Assembly: GCA_951406725.2 (NCBI GenBank)
Contig: OX597828.1
Location: forward strand, 73,904,001 to 73,968,000
Direction of reading: 5' to 3'
Origin: Octopus vulgaris
Lineage: Eukaryota
Length of the DNA: 64,000 nt
In this document: piece after piece, positions 13,763-27,002 of the stretch
Layout of the letters: every line of letters starts with the position of its first letter
Position numbering within the stretch: the first letter of the stretch is position 1
Program-made: the position numbers and the translations under genes
Notes under the pieces: model-generated
The model's input: only the letters and a program-made list of their open reading frames with translations
Database searches by the model: none
Told to the model about the DNA's origin: nothing

Positions 13763-13970
13763 AATGAAAAATGACGCATTAAAGACTACAAAACGTACAC
13801 GTAGGACAGACACAAGGACCCTAATCCTTCCTTAGTTCTCGACCAAAAATGCTTTTACCTAATTCCGTTACGGGTACGAAACTGGATATTAGTATTATGG
13901 GTTTAGAATTGAGGAAGGACTAATGTCTGTCCTACGTTACGGTTTGTAGTCTTTAATGCATTTTCATTTA
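13763..13970. mobile_element. Fold-back (inverted-repeat) element
   Basis: gcattaaagactacaaa..cgtaggacagaca..tccttcct mirrored by aggaagga..tgtctgtcctacgt..tttgtagtctttaatgc. Confidence 0.75.
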
Positions 13971-13999
13971 TGGAATAACTGAACACCACGCATATCGAC

Positions 14000-14095
<96 letters not shown>

Positions 14096-14637
14096 CCAGA
14101 GGCTTCTTTTAGTTTCTGTCTATCAAATCACTCACAACGCTATAGTAGAAGTCACTTGCCCAAGGTGCAACACTGACGGACTGAACCTGGAACCACGAAG
14201 TAAGGAAGCAAGTTTCTTACCCCACATATATAATTTTGATTCAATTAAGTGTACGCCTCTTCAGAACATTACAACCAATCTAGGAAGCTGTTATGATAAA
14301 CTCCATAATTTCATAATTCTATAATTTTTCTGTCATAAATAAACAACAGTAAAATGATATAAGTTCGTCGGTGGTGGTCGTCGCTGACCAAAAACGAAAG
14401 AGAATCAAGAATATAGTCGTTTGTTTCTTTCACTTGTTTGCAATAATAGTATAAATTGTAAAATGTAATAGAATGTCATTTTGTCAAAGACTGACCGATT
14501 TTTTCTTTAAGAATTATTGCCTACAATCCATCTTGTTTATAATGTGATGTTTCTATGTCTATTGGCAAGAAAGCCGAGAGAAATAACACCAAATAATCAA
14601 TTAATTGTGCATTAACGATATTGTTAAAGATTTCGTT

Positions 14638-14639
14638 AC

Positions 14640-14735
<96 letters not shown>

Positions 14736-14770
14736 TATTATTATTGTTATTATTATTATTATTATTATCA

Positions 14771-14819
<49 letters not shown>

Positions 14820-14845
14820 TTTCATCAATATTATTATTATTATTT

Positions 14846-14910
<65 letters not shown>

Positions 14911-14941
14911 TTCATTATTACTATTATTATTATCAATATTT

Positions 14942-14979
<38 letters not shown>

Positions 14980-14988
14980 TTCATCATC

Positions 14989-15020
<32 letters not shown>

Positions 15021-15024
15021 CATC
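14638..15024. repeat. Compound (ATT)n/(ATC)n microsatellite
   Basis: Direct observation. Confidence 0.97.
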
Positions 15025-15205
15025 AGGGCATCGAGTTGGCAGAACAGTTAGTACGCCAAGCAAAATGCTTATAGTTCAAATTCCGCCGTAGTCGACTTTG
15101 CCTTTCATCCTTTCGGGTCTATAAGTACCAGTTGAATACTGGGATCAATATAATTGACTAGTCCCAACACCACCTCCAAAGTTTCAGACCTTGTGTCTTT
15201 AGAAG
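15025..15205 (+). mobile_element. SINE family B, deleted copy
   Basis: gagttggcagaacagttag...agttcaaattccgccg..gtcgactttgcctttcatcctttcggg shared with copies at 26390, 54085 and 55191. Confidence 0.75.
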
Positions 15206-15259
15206 ATTTTTTGTTGTTGTTGTTGTTATTATTAGTAGTAGTAGTATTGTTGTTGTTGT

Positions 15260-15505
15260 TTCAGCATTGCTTGGAACTGCAAGAATTCTTCGCGGGGTTC
15301 TCGAAGCATGACCAGTGAACAAGTGTCACCCTAAACTGTTGGCTGTGGACAGCTGACACTTTCCATCATACCCAGCAAAATAATCTATCTTGTTCTATGG
15401 TTGTGATGCATGTGCCTGGCGTACCCTTATCAGACGGCTAGTCATGATAGCTATATTGGGCCTCGTCACTTTGATGGCATGCACCGCTCTCTCACCCAAT
15501 AATAA
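15260..15505 (+). mobile_element. R4/Dong-like non-LTR 3' end
   Basis: ALLGTARILRGVLEA* RLE-type C-terminus; 15395-15505 matches the reverse complement of about 54810-54932 and ends in aataataat. Confidence 0.65.
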
Positions 15506-15557
15506 TGTATTTATTATGATATTTAAACAGTTGATAGTTTCATTTTAGTTGCAATTG

Positions 15558-15767
15558 TACTCTTTACTCTCTTTTACTTGTTTCAGTCATTTGACTGCGG
15601 CCATGCTGGAGCACCGCCTTTAGTCGAGCAAATCGACCCCGGGACTTATTCTTTGTAAGCCCAGCACTTATTCTATCGGTCACTTTTGCCGAACCGCTAA
15701 GTGACGGGGACGTAAACACACCAACATCGGTTGTCAAGCAATGCTAGGGGGACAAACACACACACAC

Positions 15768-15804
<37 letters not shown>

Positions 15805-15962
15805 CATATATACGACAGGCTTCTTTCAGTTTCCGTCTACCAAATCCACTCACAAGGCATTAGTCGGCCCGGGGCTATAGCAGAAGACACTTGCCCAAGA
15901 TGCCACGCAGTGGGACTGAACCCGGAACCATGTGGTTGGTTAGCAAGCTACTAACCACACAG
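15558..15962 (-). mobile_element. SINE family A, near full length
   Basis: Reverse complement of 26785-27252. Confidence 0.92.
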
Positions 15963-16195
15963 ACATCCATATATTTGCTTTAGAGAATATACACCGATTC
16001 ACACATTTCTTATCGTGTCTCCAGTTAATACTTTCTCTCTACGCTGATATTATCAGTTATATTATCAGTTATATAAGTGAATTTATCCCGTTCTATTCTC
16101 TAGCCGTGAGCTATAGAATAAAACAGGATTTATGTGAGCTTGTGAATGCGTATACACAAATATTTAATCTGTGTGTATATATACGTACAAATATG

Positions 16196-16249
<54 letters not shown>

Positions 16250-16300
16250 TGTATATTTACGCATTTATGTATTTGTGTACGGATGTCAACACATATTTTT

Positions 16301-16637
16301 TCTCTTTTACTCTTTTACTTGTTTCAGTCATATGACTGCGGCCATGCTGGAGCACCACCTTTAATCGAGCAACTCGATCCCGAGACTTATTCTTTTGTAA
16401 GCCCAGTACTTATTCTATCGGACTCTTTTGCCGAACCGCTAAGTAACGGGGACATAAACACACCAGCATCGGTTGTCAAGCAATGCTAGGGGGACAAACA
16501 CAGACACACAAACACACACACGCATATATATATACATATACACGACGGGCTTCTTTCAGTTTCCGTCTACCAAATCCACTCACCCGGATACATGTGGTTG
16601 GTAAACAAGCTACTTACCACACAGCCACTCCTGCGCC
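16301..16637 (-). mobile_element. SINE family A with an internal deletion
   Basis: Head ...ccactcctgcgcc and tail both present; about 70 bp missing near 16585. Confidence 0.9.
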
Positions 16638-16721
16638 ATTGATATATCTGTTTGTGTACTTGCGCATATTTATACGTGTGTTTGATTGTGTGTGTGTATA
16701 AACACACACACACACACAGAC

Positions 16722-16774
<53 letters not shown>

Positions 16775-16882
16775 CATGTATGTTTGTGTGTACATGTACA
16801 TCTATGAGCATACATACATTCATACATACATACATGTAGATAGATATATGTGCATATACACACAGACATGCATATATATACA

Positions 16883-16931
<49 letters not shown>

Positions 16932-16944
16932 AGAGAGAGAGAGA

Positions 16945-18195
16945 GTTAAACGAATCGCAAGTGTTATTTGAGGACATATTTGTAAATTTAATAAAACAAC
17001 TCTAATCTCTCAAAAGCTAAATGTATCTTAATAGACATTCGCGTGAACGTTCTCGATAATCTTTCTTAGATTATTCTACGAATCCGCCTTCAACTTTGAT
17101 GAATGCCTCAATGTGGAACCAGAATCATTATTACGCCTGCACGAAATGATCATTGTGGATATCACGTGGACAGTGGCCGCCTTCAGTGTCTCTATAATAT
17201 TGTGAGGAAGTCGATTAGACTCCCTTTCGATAACGCTTTAAACTTAGTAGTCAATGGCATTTAAACCTGGCGAGTTTAGATGACACAGCTTTGGAGTCAG
17301 ATGTTTCTAAAGACTGTCTGACATCCATTCATGAATTATAGCAGCTTTGCGAGAAAGCGCTGAGTGTTGTTGCAACGCATATGGCCTTCCATTACAGACA
17401 TCATCCATCCAGAGATGAAGAAATTTCTCTTGCTCCTAAACGTTGCTATGCAGAAGTTATAATTCTAATAACCTGTGGGAAAATATGAGGTGGTATGACA
17501 TAATCTTCGTCACACACCATTTCTAAAACAGTTATAATTGTTAAAACCTTAGTATACGTTACTCTCCAAACATCAGGTGGATCTGCGCATAACCATCTGT
17601 CATTTCTCCTGTGAGACTTTTGGTCATGGTTGAGGTTTTCCTCAGCAAACAAGAACTAAAGTATGCCCCGTTGGTGTTAAGTAACTACTTGCTATGGGTC
17701 ACACAGTTTCCCTGTGTAATTACAGAAATGAATTGGCCTCTTCTTGCTTCATATAACTTGCCACGACTGCCCTCAGTTCTGATAATCACTTCGACACCTG
17801 AGGTTCTTTGACAATGATTCTATTTTATCTTCTGAGATCATCACCAATAACTTTTCAACCCCTTGTATGAATCGCGGCACAGTGCCGGAATCGTTATAGC
17901 GCCTGAATTTTGGGAATGATTTTTTTCTTGTCTTTGACGCAACTGAACCAAACTTTCTCGCTAGACGGTTCCAATGCCATTTGAACTTGGTGCTCTAAAG
18001 ATCTGGCAGCATTTAGACAGCAATTTCTAGAAACACTGTATTCCGCACACAATGCAAAACTTGATCGTGTCATCATTTTAACCGCCATGGTGGGGTGTGG
18101 GTTTCTACGGAAATGCAAACCGCTTAATTGGTATGAAGAGAGTTATATACCCATAAATAAGCGTCCCTAAATACCTCTCCACTACTGTACGCTGT
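16945..18195 (-). mobile_element. Old Tc1/mariner (maT/DD37D-like) transposase fossil
   Basis: ORF 17446-17652 DQKSHRRNDRWLCADP...TKV..ITVLEMVCDEDYVIPPHIFPQ; NSPGLNAIDY-like motif near 17250-17275; ends approximate. Confidence 0.7.
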
Positions 18196-18689
18196 ATTTA
18201 CGAAAGAATCTGAAATGAAATTGTAAAAGAACAAAGTCATATACATACAAGCATGCATATCTACATACATACACACACACATACATACACACGTACATAT
18301 ATACATATACACATACATACATACATACATACATGCATACATGCATAAACATATACATACGTACATATGCACATACATACATGCATACATATTTACCTAC
18401 ATACATACATACGTACATACATACATACATACATACATACATACATGCATATATACATACATATGTACATACATACATACAAACATACATACGTGCATAC
18501 GTATGTACATACATACATACATACATACATACATACATACATACATACATACATACATACATACATACATACCCCCCCAAATTTTTTCTCCTTCTGTTCT
18601 TTTCTCCAGCTAATCAGCTTCCTCGACCTACCCTACTATTATTCCTACCACTAAAGAATTTTTTTCTTGCAACAGTTAGAAGTGAACTT

Positions 18690-18960
18690 AATCGTGGTCT
18701 GACAGGCATCTTCCTTCATGTTTCCTGAAATTTATATCCGCAACTTTATCGGTATATTTACCTTCTCTGGGATGTCACTAATTAATCTGAGAACTTTACA
18801 TAGTTGGAAAGCATATATGAACTCAATCTTGATTGGCTTGGCATCTTGCTTCAAGTTCCTCAAACTCACATCTACAACTTTATCGGTATATTTACACTCT
18901 CTGAAGATGTTACTAATTGATTTGAGAACTTTACATTATTGGAAAACCTATATGAAATTA
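18690..18960. repeat. Diverged 134-bp tandem duplication
   Basis: caactttatcggtatatttac at 18741 and 18875 with extended flanking similarity. Confidence 0.85.
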
Positions 18961-19146
18961 GCTGAAGATTACTTGACATATTATATCTGCTGTAATGTTT
19001 GCAGCTTTAATAAATTGTTATAGTATGAAACAATTGTACTAAATTACCATTCTTGTTGCTTATTTTTTGGTTATAATCACCCCACATAATTTTATGGGTA
19101 ATACCATAAAAAATTCTGGTGCATCTAAATTAAGTACCATATTCAT

Positions 19147-19199
<53 letters not shown>

Positions 19200-19281
19200 A
19201 CTGCTCTTTCTAGTGAGTCAGATGTCCTATTATGGTAATCTCTTATGTGTTTAAATGTACACTGTATTTCTCTCTCTCTCA

Positions 19282-19315
<34 letters not shown>

Positions 19316-19371
19316 GTGTGTATGTATGCATGTAGATATGTATATGTATATGTAAATGTGTCTGTGTAGGT

Positions 19372-19557
19372 TTGTGTGTCTGTGTTTGTTCCCCCAACAT
19401 CGCTTGACAACCGATGCTGGTGTGTTTACGTCCCCGTAACTTAACGGTTCGGCAAAAGAGGCCAATAGAATAAGTACTGGGGTCGATTTGCTCGACTAAA
19501 GACGGTGCTCCAGCATGGCCACAGTCAAATGACTGAAACAAGTAATAGAGTAAAAGA

Positions 19558-19560
<3 letters not shown>
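19372..19560 (+). mobile_element. SINE family A, 3' half
   Basis: gcttgacaaccgatgctggtgtgttt...gctccagcatggcc.cagtcaaatgactgaaacaagtaa. Confidence 0.85.
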
Positions 19561-19645
<85 letters not shown>

Positions 19646-20371
19646 GCATATAAATGCTTGGTATTTGTTTATTCATGTTATTCAGTTTATCCTCTGGGTC
19701 GAGTATAGTGAATGTTCTCTCTGCCCTCGTTTCCTTACGTAGCCACCACCAAAGAAGACAAAAGATAATTGCGTTGGATTTACGTATCACTTACGAAAGA
19801 ATACTGGCTCTAAAAGAAATGCATTTAATTCCTGATGGAAAATGTGCAACAGATTCTTTGTTATAGGTGTTAAATGGAAGAACTTCAGAGAATTGATCTT
19901 ACTATGGCATCTAAAAGACTTCGGGTGGTGCTTTAAGAATGATTGAAATACATAATGGAGAGAAAGCTTTGTTAAACAGTGTGTGTGTGTGGGTACGTGC
20001 GTGTGTGTATGTGTGTGTATGTGTGCGTGTGTGTTGTCTTAATATGATTCTACTTTTATGGAAGAAACAAAATAGATGCGGATTATGTTTGCACTTAGTA
20101 TGTTTCTATTCCTGTTATGGTAGCTACAGTATAGTCATGTATGAATATATATATATATATATGTATGTATATACATATTTTATGAATGTGTGTGTATAAG
20201 TGTGAGTGTGTGTATGTGTGTGTATGTGTGTGTGTTTTGTAATGTTCCAGTCAATTTGACCTTCTCAATAAATTCGACTTTACGTTCAATATAGAATCTC
20301 TTCATCAACAAACATCGCTTCTTATTCGTAAAGTTGGTTTGAAATCATAATTTCATTTCATCCTTTAGACA

Positions 20372-20406
<35 letters not shown>

Positions 20407-20471
20407 GCGCACGCACACTCATATGCATACACATAGATATACAGCCATTTGCACTTATATATATATGTGTG

Positions 20472-20553
<82 letters not shown>

Positions 20554-20554
20554 T

Positions 20555-20646
<92 letters not shown>

Positions 20647-20652
20647 ATATAT

Positions 20653-20702
<50 letters not shown>

Positions 20703-21051
20703 GCACAACCTCTTCAAACTGCTGTATGCCTCTCTCGCAAAAGCATCTCTTAATAGACGACTATGCGTTTATACGCCTACTACACGCCTATATAAGATAG
20801 TTTCACGATATGAATACAACACTTCAGAATGCTTTCAACAATGTACGTTTTAAAGTATGATGCACAGGTTGCTAGTTTAAACAAAGACCTCATTCATTGA
20901 TATACATTCCCACGCTTTATGTTGAAGTCATTTGTGAACGATCGTTACGTATAGTAAGTCATTCGTGAGACTCTCTCTCTCTCTCACGCAACCCTTTTTC
21001 AAAAGCGTCGAATTCGGCAAGGTTTGCAGTAAGTTGAGTATCTTTCATCAC

Positions 21052-21490
21052 TTACCAGTTTCAGTCATTAGACTGCGGCCATACTGGGGCACCGCCTTGA
21101 AGGATTTTAGTCAAACAGATCGACTCCAGTATTTATTTATTATTTTCTTTTTTAAAATTTGATATTTACTCTGTTGGTCTCTTTTGTCGAACTGCTAGGC
21201 TACGGGTACATAAACACAAACCAAAACACAAAGACTCTCACACACACACACACACATATATATATATTGTTTTTTATCATTTATTTTTTGCTTGTTTTAG
21301 TCACTAGACTGCAGCCATGCTGGGGCACCGCCATGAATTTTTAGTCGGCTAAATCGACCCCATGACTTATTTTTTTAAGCCTGGTACTTAATCTATCCGT
21401 CTCTTTAGCTGAACCGCTAAGTTGCAGAAGCGCAAACACACCAACACGGGTTGTCAAGGAGTAGTGGGGGACAAGCACAGACACAAAGGC
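21052..21490 (-). mobile_element. Two tandem SINE family A 3'-half fragments
   Basis: tcagtcattagactgcggccat at about 21061 and ttagtcactagactgcagccat at about 21297. Confidence 0.75.
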
Positions 21491-21506
21491 ACACACATTC
21501 ACACAC

Positions 21507-21539
<33 letters not shown>

Positions 21540-21569
21540 CATACATATATACATACATATATACATATA

Positions 21570-21603
<34 letters not shown>

Positions 21604-21842
21604 CATACATATATACATACATATATACATATATACATACATGCATACATATATACATACATACACACATACATACATACATACATACATACATACATAC
21701 ATACATACATACATACATACATACATACATACAATTTCTGTTTCACGTTAGCAGCCCCTGTTATTCTGCGTCCATTATCAGTTGCAGCCAGTTTTCAAGC
21801 TGAGAGGATGTAAACTCAGTTTCTCTTTCTTCTCTTTTTCTC

Positions 21843-21879
21843 TATTCCTGACGAAGGATCGAATCCGAAACGCTGGATA
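21843..21879 (+). ncRNA. Minimal type-I hammerhead ribozyme motif (Penelope-like), probably inactive
   Basis: tattc-CTGACGA-a-ggat/cga/atcc-GAAA-cgct-ggata; stems I and II pair; the conserved U before the cleavage site is C here. Confidence 0.65.
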
Positions 21880-21996
21880 CTCCACTCTTCACGACAATTT
21901 CACTGTACCCCTTTCACTTTTTCCTATATTTTTTCAACTCTTGCCGACGCAGAGCTACTAGATTATATATATATATATACGTATATATATATATGC

Positions 21997-22027
<31 letters not shown>

Positions 22028-22047
22028 ATATATATATGTATGTATAC

Positions 22048-22141
<94 letters not shown>

Positions 22142-23378
22142 GAGAGACATATATCCTCCGTATAGAACACACTTCGTAGTACTCAAGAGATTTAAACTTG
22201 AGCAGGTAGAGGCGTAAAAGTATGGACAAGCAAGTTAGGTAAGTCGATATAAAAAAAAACTATTAAATACATTTAATACAAAAAAATAGACATACGTTTA
22301 GTTATAAAAAGGTCCGACTTACGCAGACTAGAAAAGCGATCAGGAATTAAAGGTGTTAAACACGTGGTTCGCGAGCCCAACAGCTGTTTCTACGATGAAC
22401 TCATTTCAATTTCTGTCTTTTGTCATTTACTTGAGTTTGGTCAGCTGCTCAAGGATATAATAGAAGATTCTAGCGAAGGGTGCCACTCAGTGAGACTGAA
22501 CTTGGAACCACACAGCCACGTCTACACCAATATTTTCTTTATAAGAACGTGTACATTAATTCATTGTTTCCGGATATAAATTCCTCATTGGTCATAGCCG
22601 TGGCGCATTTCTAATTTGTTGTTGAGCACTCACTAAATAATGATGTATTTGGACGAATCAAAATATGTTTTGTGTGGTTCATACAGATTTGTCATGAGCT
22701 GTGTGTGTGTGTGTGTGTGTGTGTAATAATGTGTGACTGCTTTGTGTATGCGGGTGGCTGTGTGAATATATGTGTACGTGTGTGTTTTTTTGTGGGTATC
22801 TGTGGCGCGTGTGAGTGTTTCAATTTTCTCCGAGCTATAACGTTGCAAGAGGCAAAGGAGCAGACAGGCGCCATTTTAGAGATTCTATCAAGGACGAAAT
22901 TCTACGCAAGAATTTTAATTCATTATACTTTGACAAACTAACGAAAAGTTGTTCAAATTAACGTGAGGTCTTAGCAGTCTGTCGGTCCCGTCGTACCTGT
23001 TGACAGCTAGAGGCACTGAGCCATTGAGATAGAAGCATCTGTCTCAGCTATGGACAAGCCGATGGGAAGGACGGGAAGGATCACGGGAACCGAACAGCTA
23101 AAGGTCTCGGAAATTTCGTGGATGGTTTACCGGCTCTGCACAATCTTAGCATTCTATGCAGAAGACCATTCAACGACAACGACAACAATAACAACATCAA
23201 CAATAATTACAGAGATAGCTGATTCGATCAAGTATTATCAACAGGTTCTTAACGTGTTTGAAAGAATAATAATAAAAAAAACTATAGTTAAGAAAAAACA
23301 ATTTCACCAGAAATCTAGAAAATAACATTAAAAAAAAACGTATAAATAAAATGGAAAAAAAAAAGTGATACGTCTATT

Positions 23379-23393
23379 GTTGCCTATAGCAAC
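23379..23393. promoter_or_regulatory. Candidate RFX X-box
   Basis: GTTGCC-tat-AGCAAC fits GTNRCC-N(0-3)-RGYAAC in non-repetitive sequence; motif match only. Confidence 0.35.
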
Positions 23394-23731
23394 GGGGGTT
23401 TAGCTCATAATATGAAAAATTATTCAGCAAACCAAACCATCATGAATATAATACCTGCAAGGTCCTTAATGAATACCCCTCTCTTTCTCTCGCACTCTCT
23501 CTCTCTCTCTTTCTATCAGTTTATCGATCGATCTATCTGTATCTTTCTCTTTCACTCGTTCTCTACCCCTTCGTGTGTATATGTATGTGTGTGTGTGTAC
23601 GTATGTTTGTCTGTAAGTATATACACACACACATGCACACATATATGCATGCATTCATATATGTACATATATAAGTGTATATATATATATACATATATAT
23701 ATAAACACGTATACACATACACACAGACACA

Positions 23732-23802
<71 letters not shown>

Positions 23803-24474
23803 GTCTGTATGTGTATACACATACACAAACATCCATGAATGCATTAAAAAACGAAAAATTCCCTATGTTAACTATATAATGATGTGTTGATGTGTTTATA
23901 TGTTTTATTAATTCCAGAATTACAAATTATTTTTATTAAAAAATTAAAAAACACAGGGAAATCATTACAGAAACCAGGAAACATGGACTATATATATTTT
24001 TTCCTGTATTTCCTCTTAAAATATTTTCTTTTTATGAAAACAAATCCTAAGGCAGTTGTCTTCCATTTTTCGAGGGACTTTTCTCGTCCATGTTTTTCGT
24101 TTTTCCGATTTTGTTCAATTTTGGAATTAATCTTTTAGATCTGTTCTGTTGTTTGTAAATTCTGAATATTATCTCTTCGACTACAAATATATTTGAATGA
24201 TATTAAGGCTCGAGTGCTGAGTGATATTGAATCATAAATTAATACATTATTCAATCAGTGACGTGTTTTTTAATTAACGCTGTCTAATCATAGCCGGCCG
24301 CCCACACCCAAATACACACACACGCGCATAAACACACGGAGGTAATCACGTTCACACATTCTCCCTCGCCGTCTCACCCTTCCTCTCTATATTAACACTC
24401 CAGCCTACTTTGAGAGCGTTGCACAATTACTGGAGGCGCCATCTTGATTCTTATAGCATTTGAAGTCAATACGA

Positions 24475-25010
24475 TGCCTCCTTCATCATCACAACCACAA
24501 CCATCATCATCGTATATAACGTCGTCATCGTTATCATGATCATCATCGTCATCATCATCATCATCGTCATCAGCATCGTCATCATCATCATCGTCGTCGT
24601 CATTCTAAGTATGATCGTTCTGTGTTCTCATTTTATTCATAATCATGATCATTACCATTTTAAACTTGGTCTCTTTCATTCGATTCTCCATCCTCATCCT
24701 TTCCATCTTTCTCCATCTTTTCCTCATCATCATCAACATCATCATTACCATTGCTGTCTTCATCTTCTTTATTCACCCCTTTCTCTCTATTCATCGTCAT
24801 TTTCATCATCTTCATCGTCACATTTACCATCATCTTTACCATCTTCATCATCATCATCATCGTCGTCGTCGTCGTCATCATCATTATCATTGCTGTCTTC
24901 ATCTTCTTTATCCACCCCTTTTTCTGTATTCAACATTAGAAGCATCATCTTCATCATCATCTTTACCGTCATCATAATCATCATCGTCGTTGTCGTAGTC
25001 AACATCATTA
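24475..25010. repeat. Degenerate (ATC/GTC)n tract with an internal duplication of about 139 bp
   Basis: cattgctgtcttcatcttctttat.cacccc at about 24748 and 24887. Confidence 0.85.
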
Positions 25011-25351
25011 GTGTGTGTGTGTGTGTGAGTGTGTACTGGTATTCTTACATATGTGCGATTATGGTTGCAGGTGAGTGAATCAGTGGCCTGTATATCTGAG
25101 TGCGAAATATTTGTATAAATCTTTAGGTGGAGTGGGGAAAAGCCCTCAGTATATTACTGGTATACTTTCTTACGGCTCTCCAAAGAAGAGACTGAAACGG
25201 GTATTGGACGCGATCTCAATTCGAGGTGTAAAAATGGAATTAAAAAAGTTACAGAAGGACGGGGGGGACGGGAAGTGAACTGATTATTTCAGAATCGGGT
25301 ATTTTGTTTTTCTGATGTTTATTTGGGAATATTTCGGTAAGATATATTTCG

Positions 25352-25695
25352 GTGAAGGCGCATGGCTCAGTGGTTAGAGCGTCGAGCTTACGATCGTGAG
25401 GTTGTGAGCTCGAATCCCGGACCGGGCTACGTGTTGTGTTCTCGAGCAAGGCACTTTATTTCACGTTGCTCTAGTTCACCCAGCTGTAGAAATGAGTTGC
25501 GACGTCACAGGTGCCAAGCTGTATTGACCTTTGTCTTTCCCTTGGATAACACTGGTGGCGTGGAGGGGGGAGGCCGGTATGCATGGGCGACTGCTGGCCT
25601 TCCATAAACAACCTTGCCCGGACTTGTGTCTAGGAGGGTAACTTTCTAGGTGCAATCCCATGGTCATTCATGACCGAAGGGGGTCTTTACCCCTT
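25352..25695 (+). mobile_element. Full-length tRNA(Arg)-like SINE (family D) with target-site duplication
   Basis: Head ggcgcatggctcagtggttagagcg...ttacgat...gagctcgaatccc; tatttcggt flanks both ends. Confidence 0.88.
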
Positions 25696-25851
25696 TATTT
25701 CGGTAAGATGAAGGGTAAAAGTCAAACCTGAGGGGTGGGTCTTGAAGTCAAAGGTGACATAATGTAATCTTAGGTGGATTTGAACTCAGAACCTCTGGGG
25801 CTATATGACAAGAAACCACAAAGTATTGCGTTATCTGCCTTCCAGAACATC

Positions 25852-25859
25852 AAGAAGAA

Positions 25860-25894
<35 letters not shown>

Positions 25895-26018
25895 AGAAGA
25901 AGAAGAAGAAGAAGAAGAAGAAGAAGAAGAAGAAGAAGAAGAAGAAGAAGAAGAAGAAGAAGAAGAAGAAGAAGAAGAAGAAGAAGAAGAAGAAGAAGAA
26001 GAAGAAGAAGAAGAAGAA
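25852..26018. repeat. Nearly pure (AAG)n tract, about 55 units
   Basis: Direct observation. Confidence 0.98.
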
Positions 26019-26389
26019 GGTTCTTTCTTTCATCTTGAGTTCATCTATGACAGGCCCTTCCTGACAGTATTCCCGGGACTTTAGAGTTTATTTCAAACTG
26101 ATCCTGGTAGGTTAGATGTTTTAAGAAGTTGTCCTCAGAAACAAATCAAGATCCTCATTGCTCTTTTCTACCACTACTGTTCCATTCTAGAATGGAGGTT
26201 TTGCGTTACTACCGACATCATTGCTTTAAAAGTACAGAATGAGCAACTGACATTTTGGATGTCAGATGTCCAATCTTAATATTCGTTTGACCTCAAACAA
26301 GACCTCCATCAGAGTTGAATATTGGGAAGGCTTGATCAACAAAAAGCTGACCACGCCTTACTATGAAGTACTACTTGCAAATGCCTTGG

Positions 26390-26600
26390 TGGGCAGCTGG
26401 CTGAATTGTTGGCATGCCAGACGAAATGCTTAGCAGCCTTTCCTTGTCTTTATGCTCTGAGTTCAAATTCTGCTGAGGTTGACATTGCTTTTCATCCTTT
26501 CGAGGTCGATAAATAAAGTACCAGTCGAGCACTGGGGTTGATGTAAACGACTTATGCCTCCCCCAAAAGTGCTGATCTTGTAACAAACTCTTAAATCAAT
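26390..26600 (+). mobile_element. SINE family B
   Basis: gcagctggctgaattgttggcatgcc..gaaatgcttagc..gagttcaaattc..ataaagtaccagtcgagcactgggg. Confidence 0.8.
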
Positions 26601-26784
26601 ATTTACTAATGTCAGCGTGAACTTGCAAATGGACGCCACGCATACGAAACTCTTTTGTGCAACAAGCGTTGGAAGTAAGTGGATTTTCTGATCACAGAAC
26701 TCATCCTCTTCCCATGAAGCGAGGAAGCAGACACTGTGCCTTTCGTCAGATGTTAACGACGATCAGGTGGTAAAAAATATTATA

Positions 26785-26949
26785 GGCGCAGGAGTGGCTG
26801 TGTGGTAAGTAGCTTGCTTACCAACCACATGGTTCCGGGTTCAGTCCCACTGCGTGGCACCTTGGGCAAGTGTCTTCTACTATAGCCTCGGGCCGACCAA
26901 GGCCTTGTGAGTGAATTTGGTAGACGGAAACTGAAAGAAGCCCGTCGTA

Positions 26950-27002
<53 letters not shown>

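Noticed and set aside
14521-15091. Poly-N/D/I/L ORFs
   Set aside because: Triplet microsatellite open in several frames on both strands
22692-22874. ORF MAPVCSFASC... with good start context
   Set aside because: Runs into CA repeats, no recognisable domain or donor site; the motif is explained equally well as a YY1 site
25357-25430. Possible tRNA-Arg gene
   Set aside because: Acceptor stem does not close; it continues into a SINE body with a TSD
25770-26064. Poly-K/R/F ORFs
   Set aside because: (AAG)n tract
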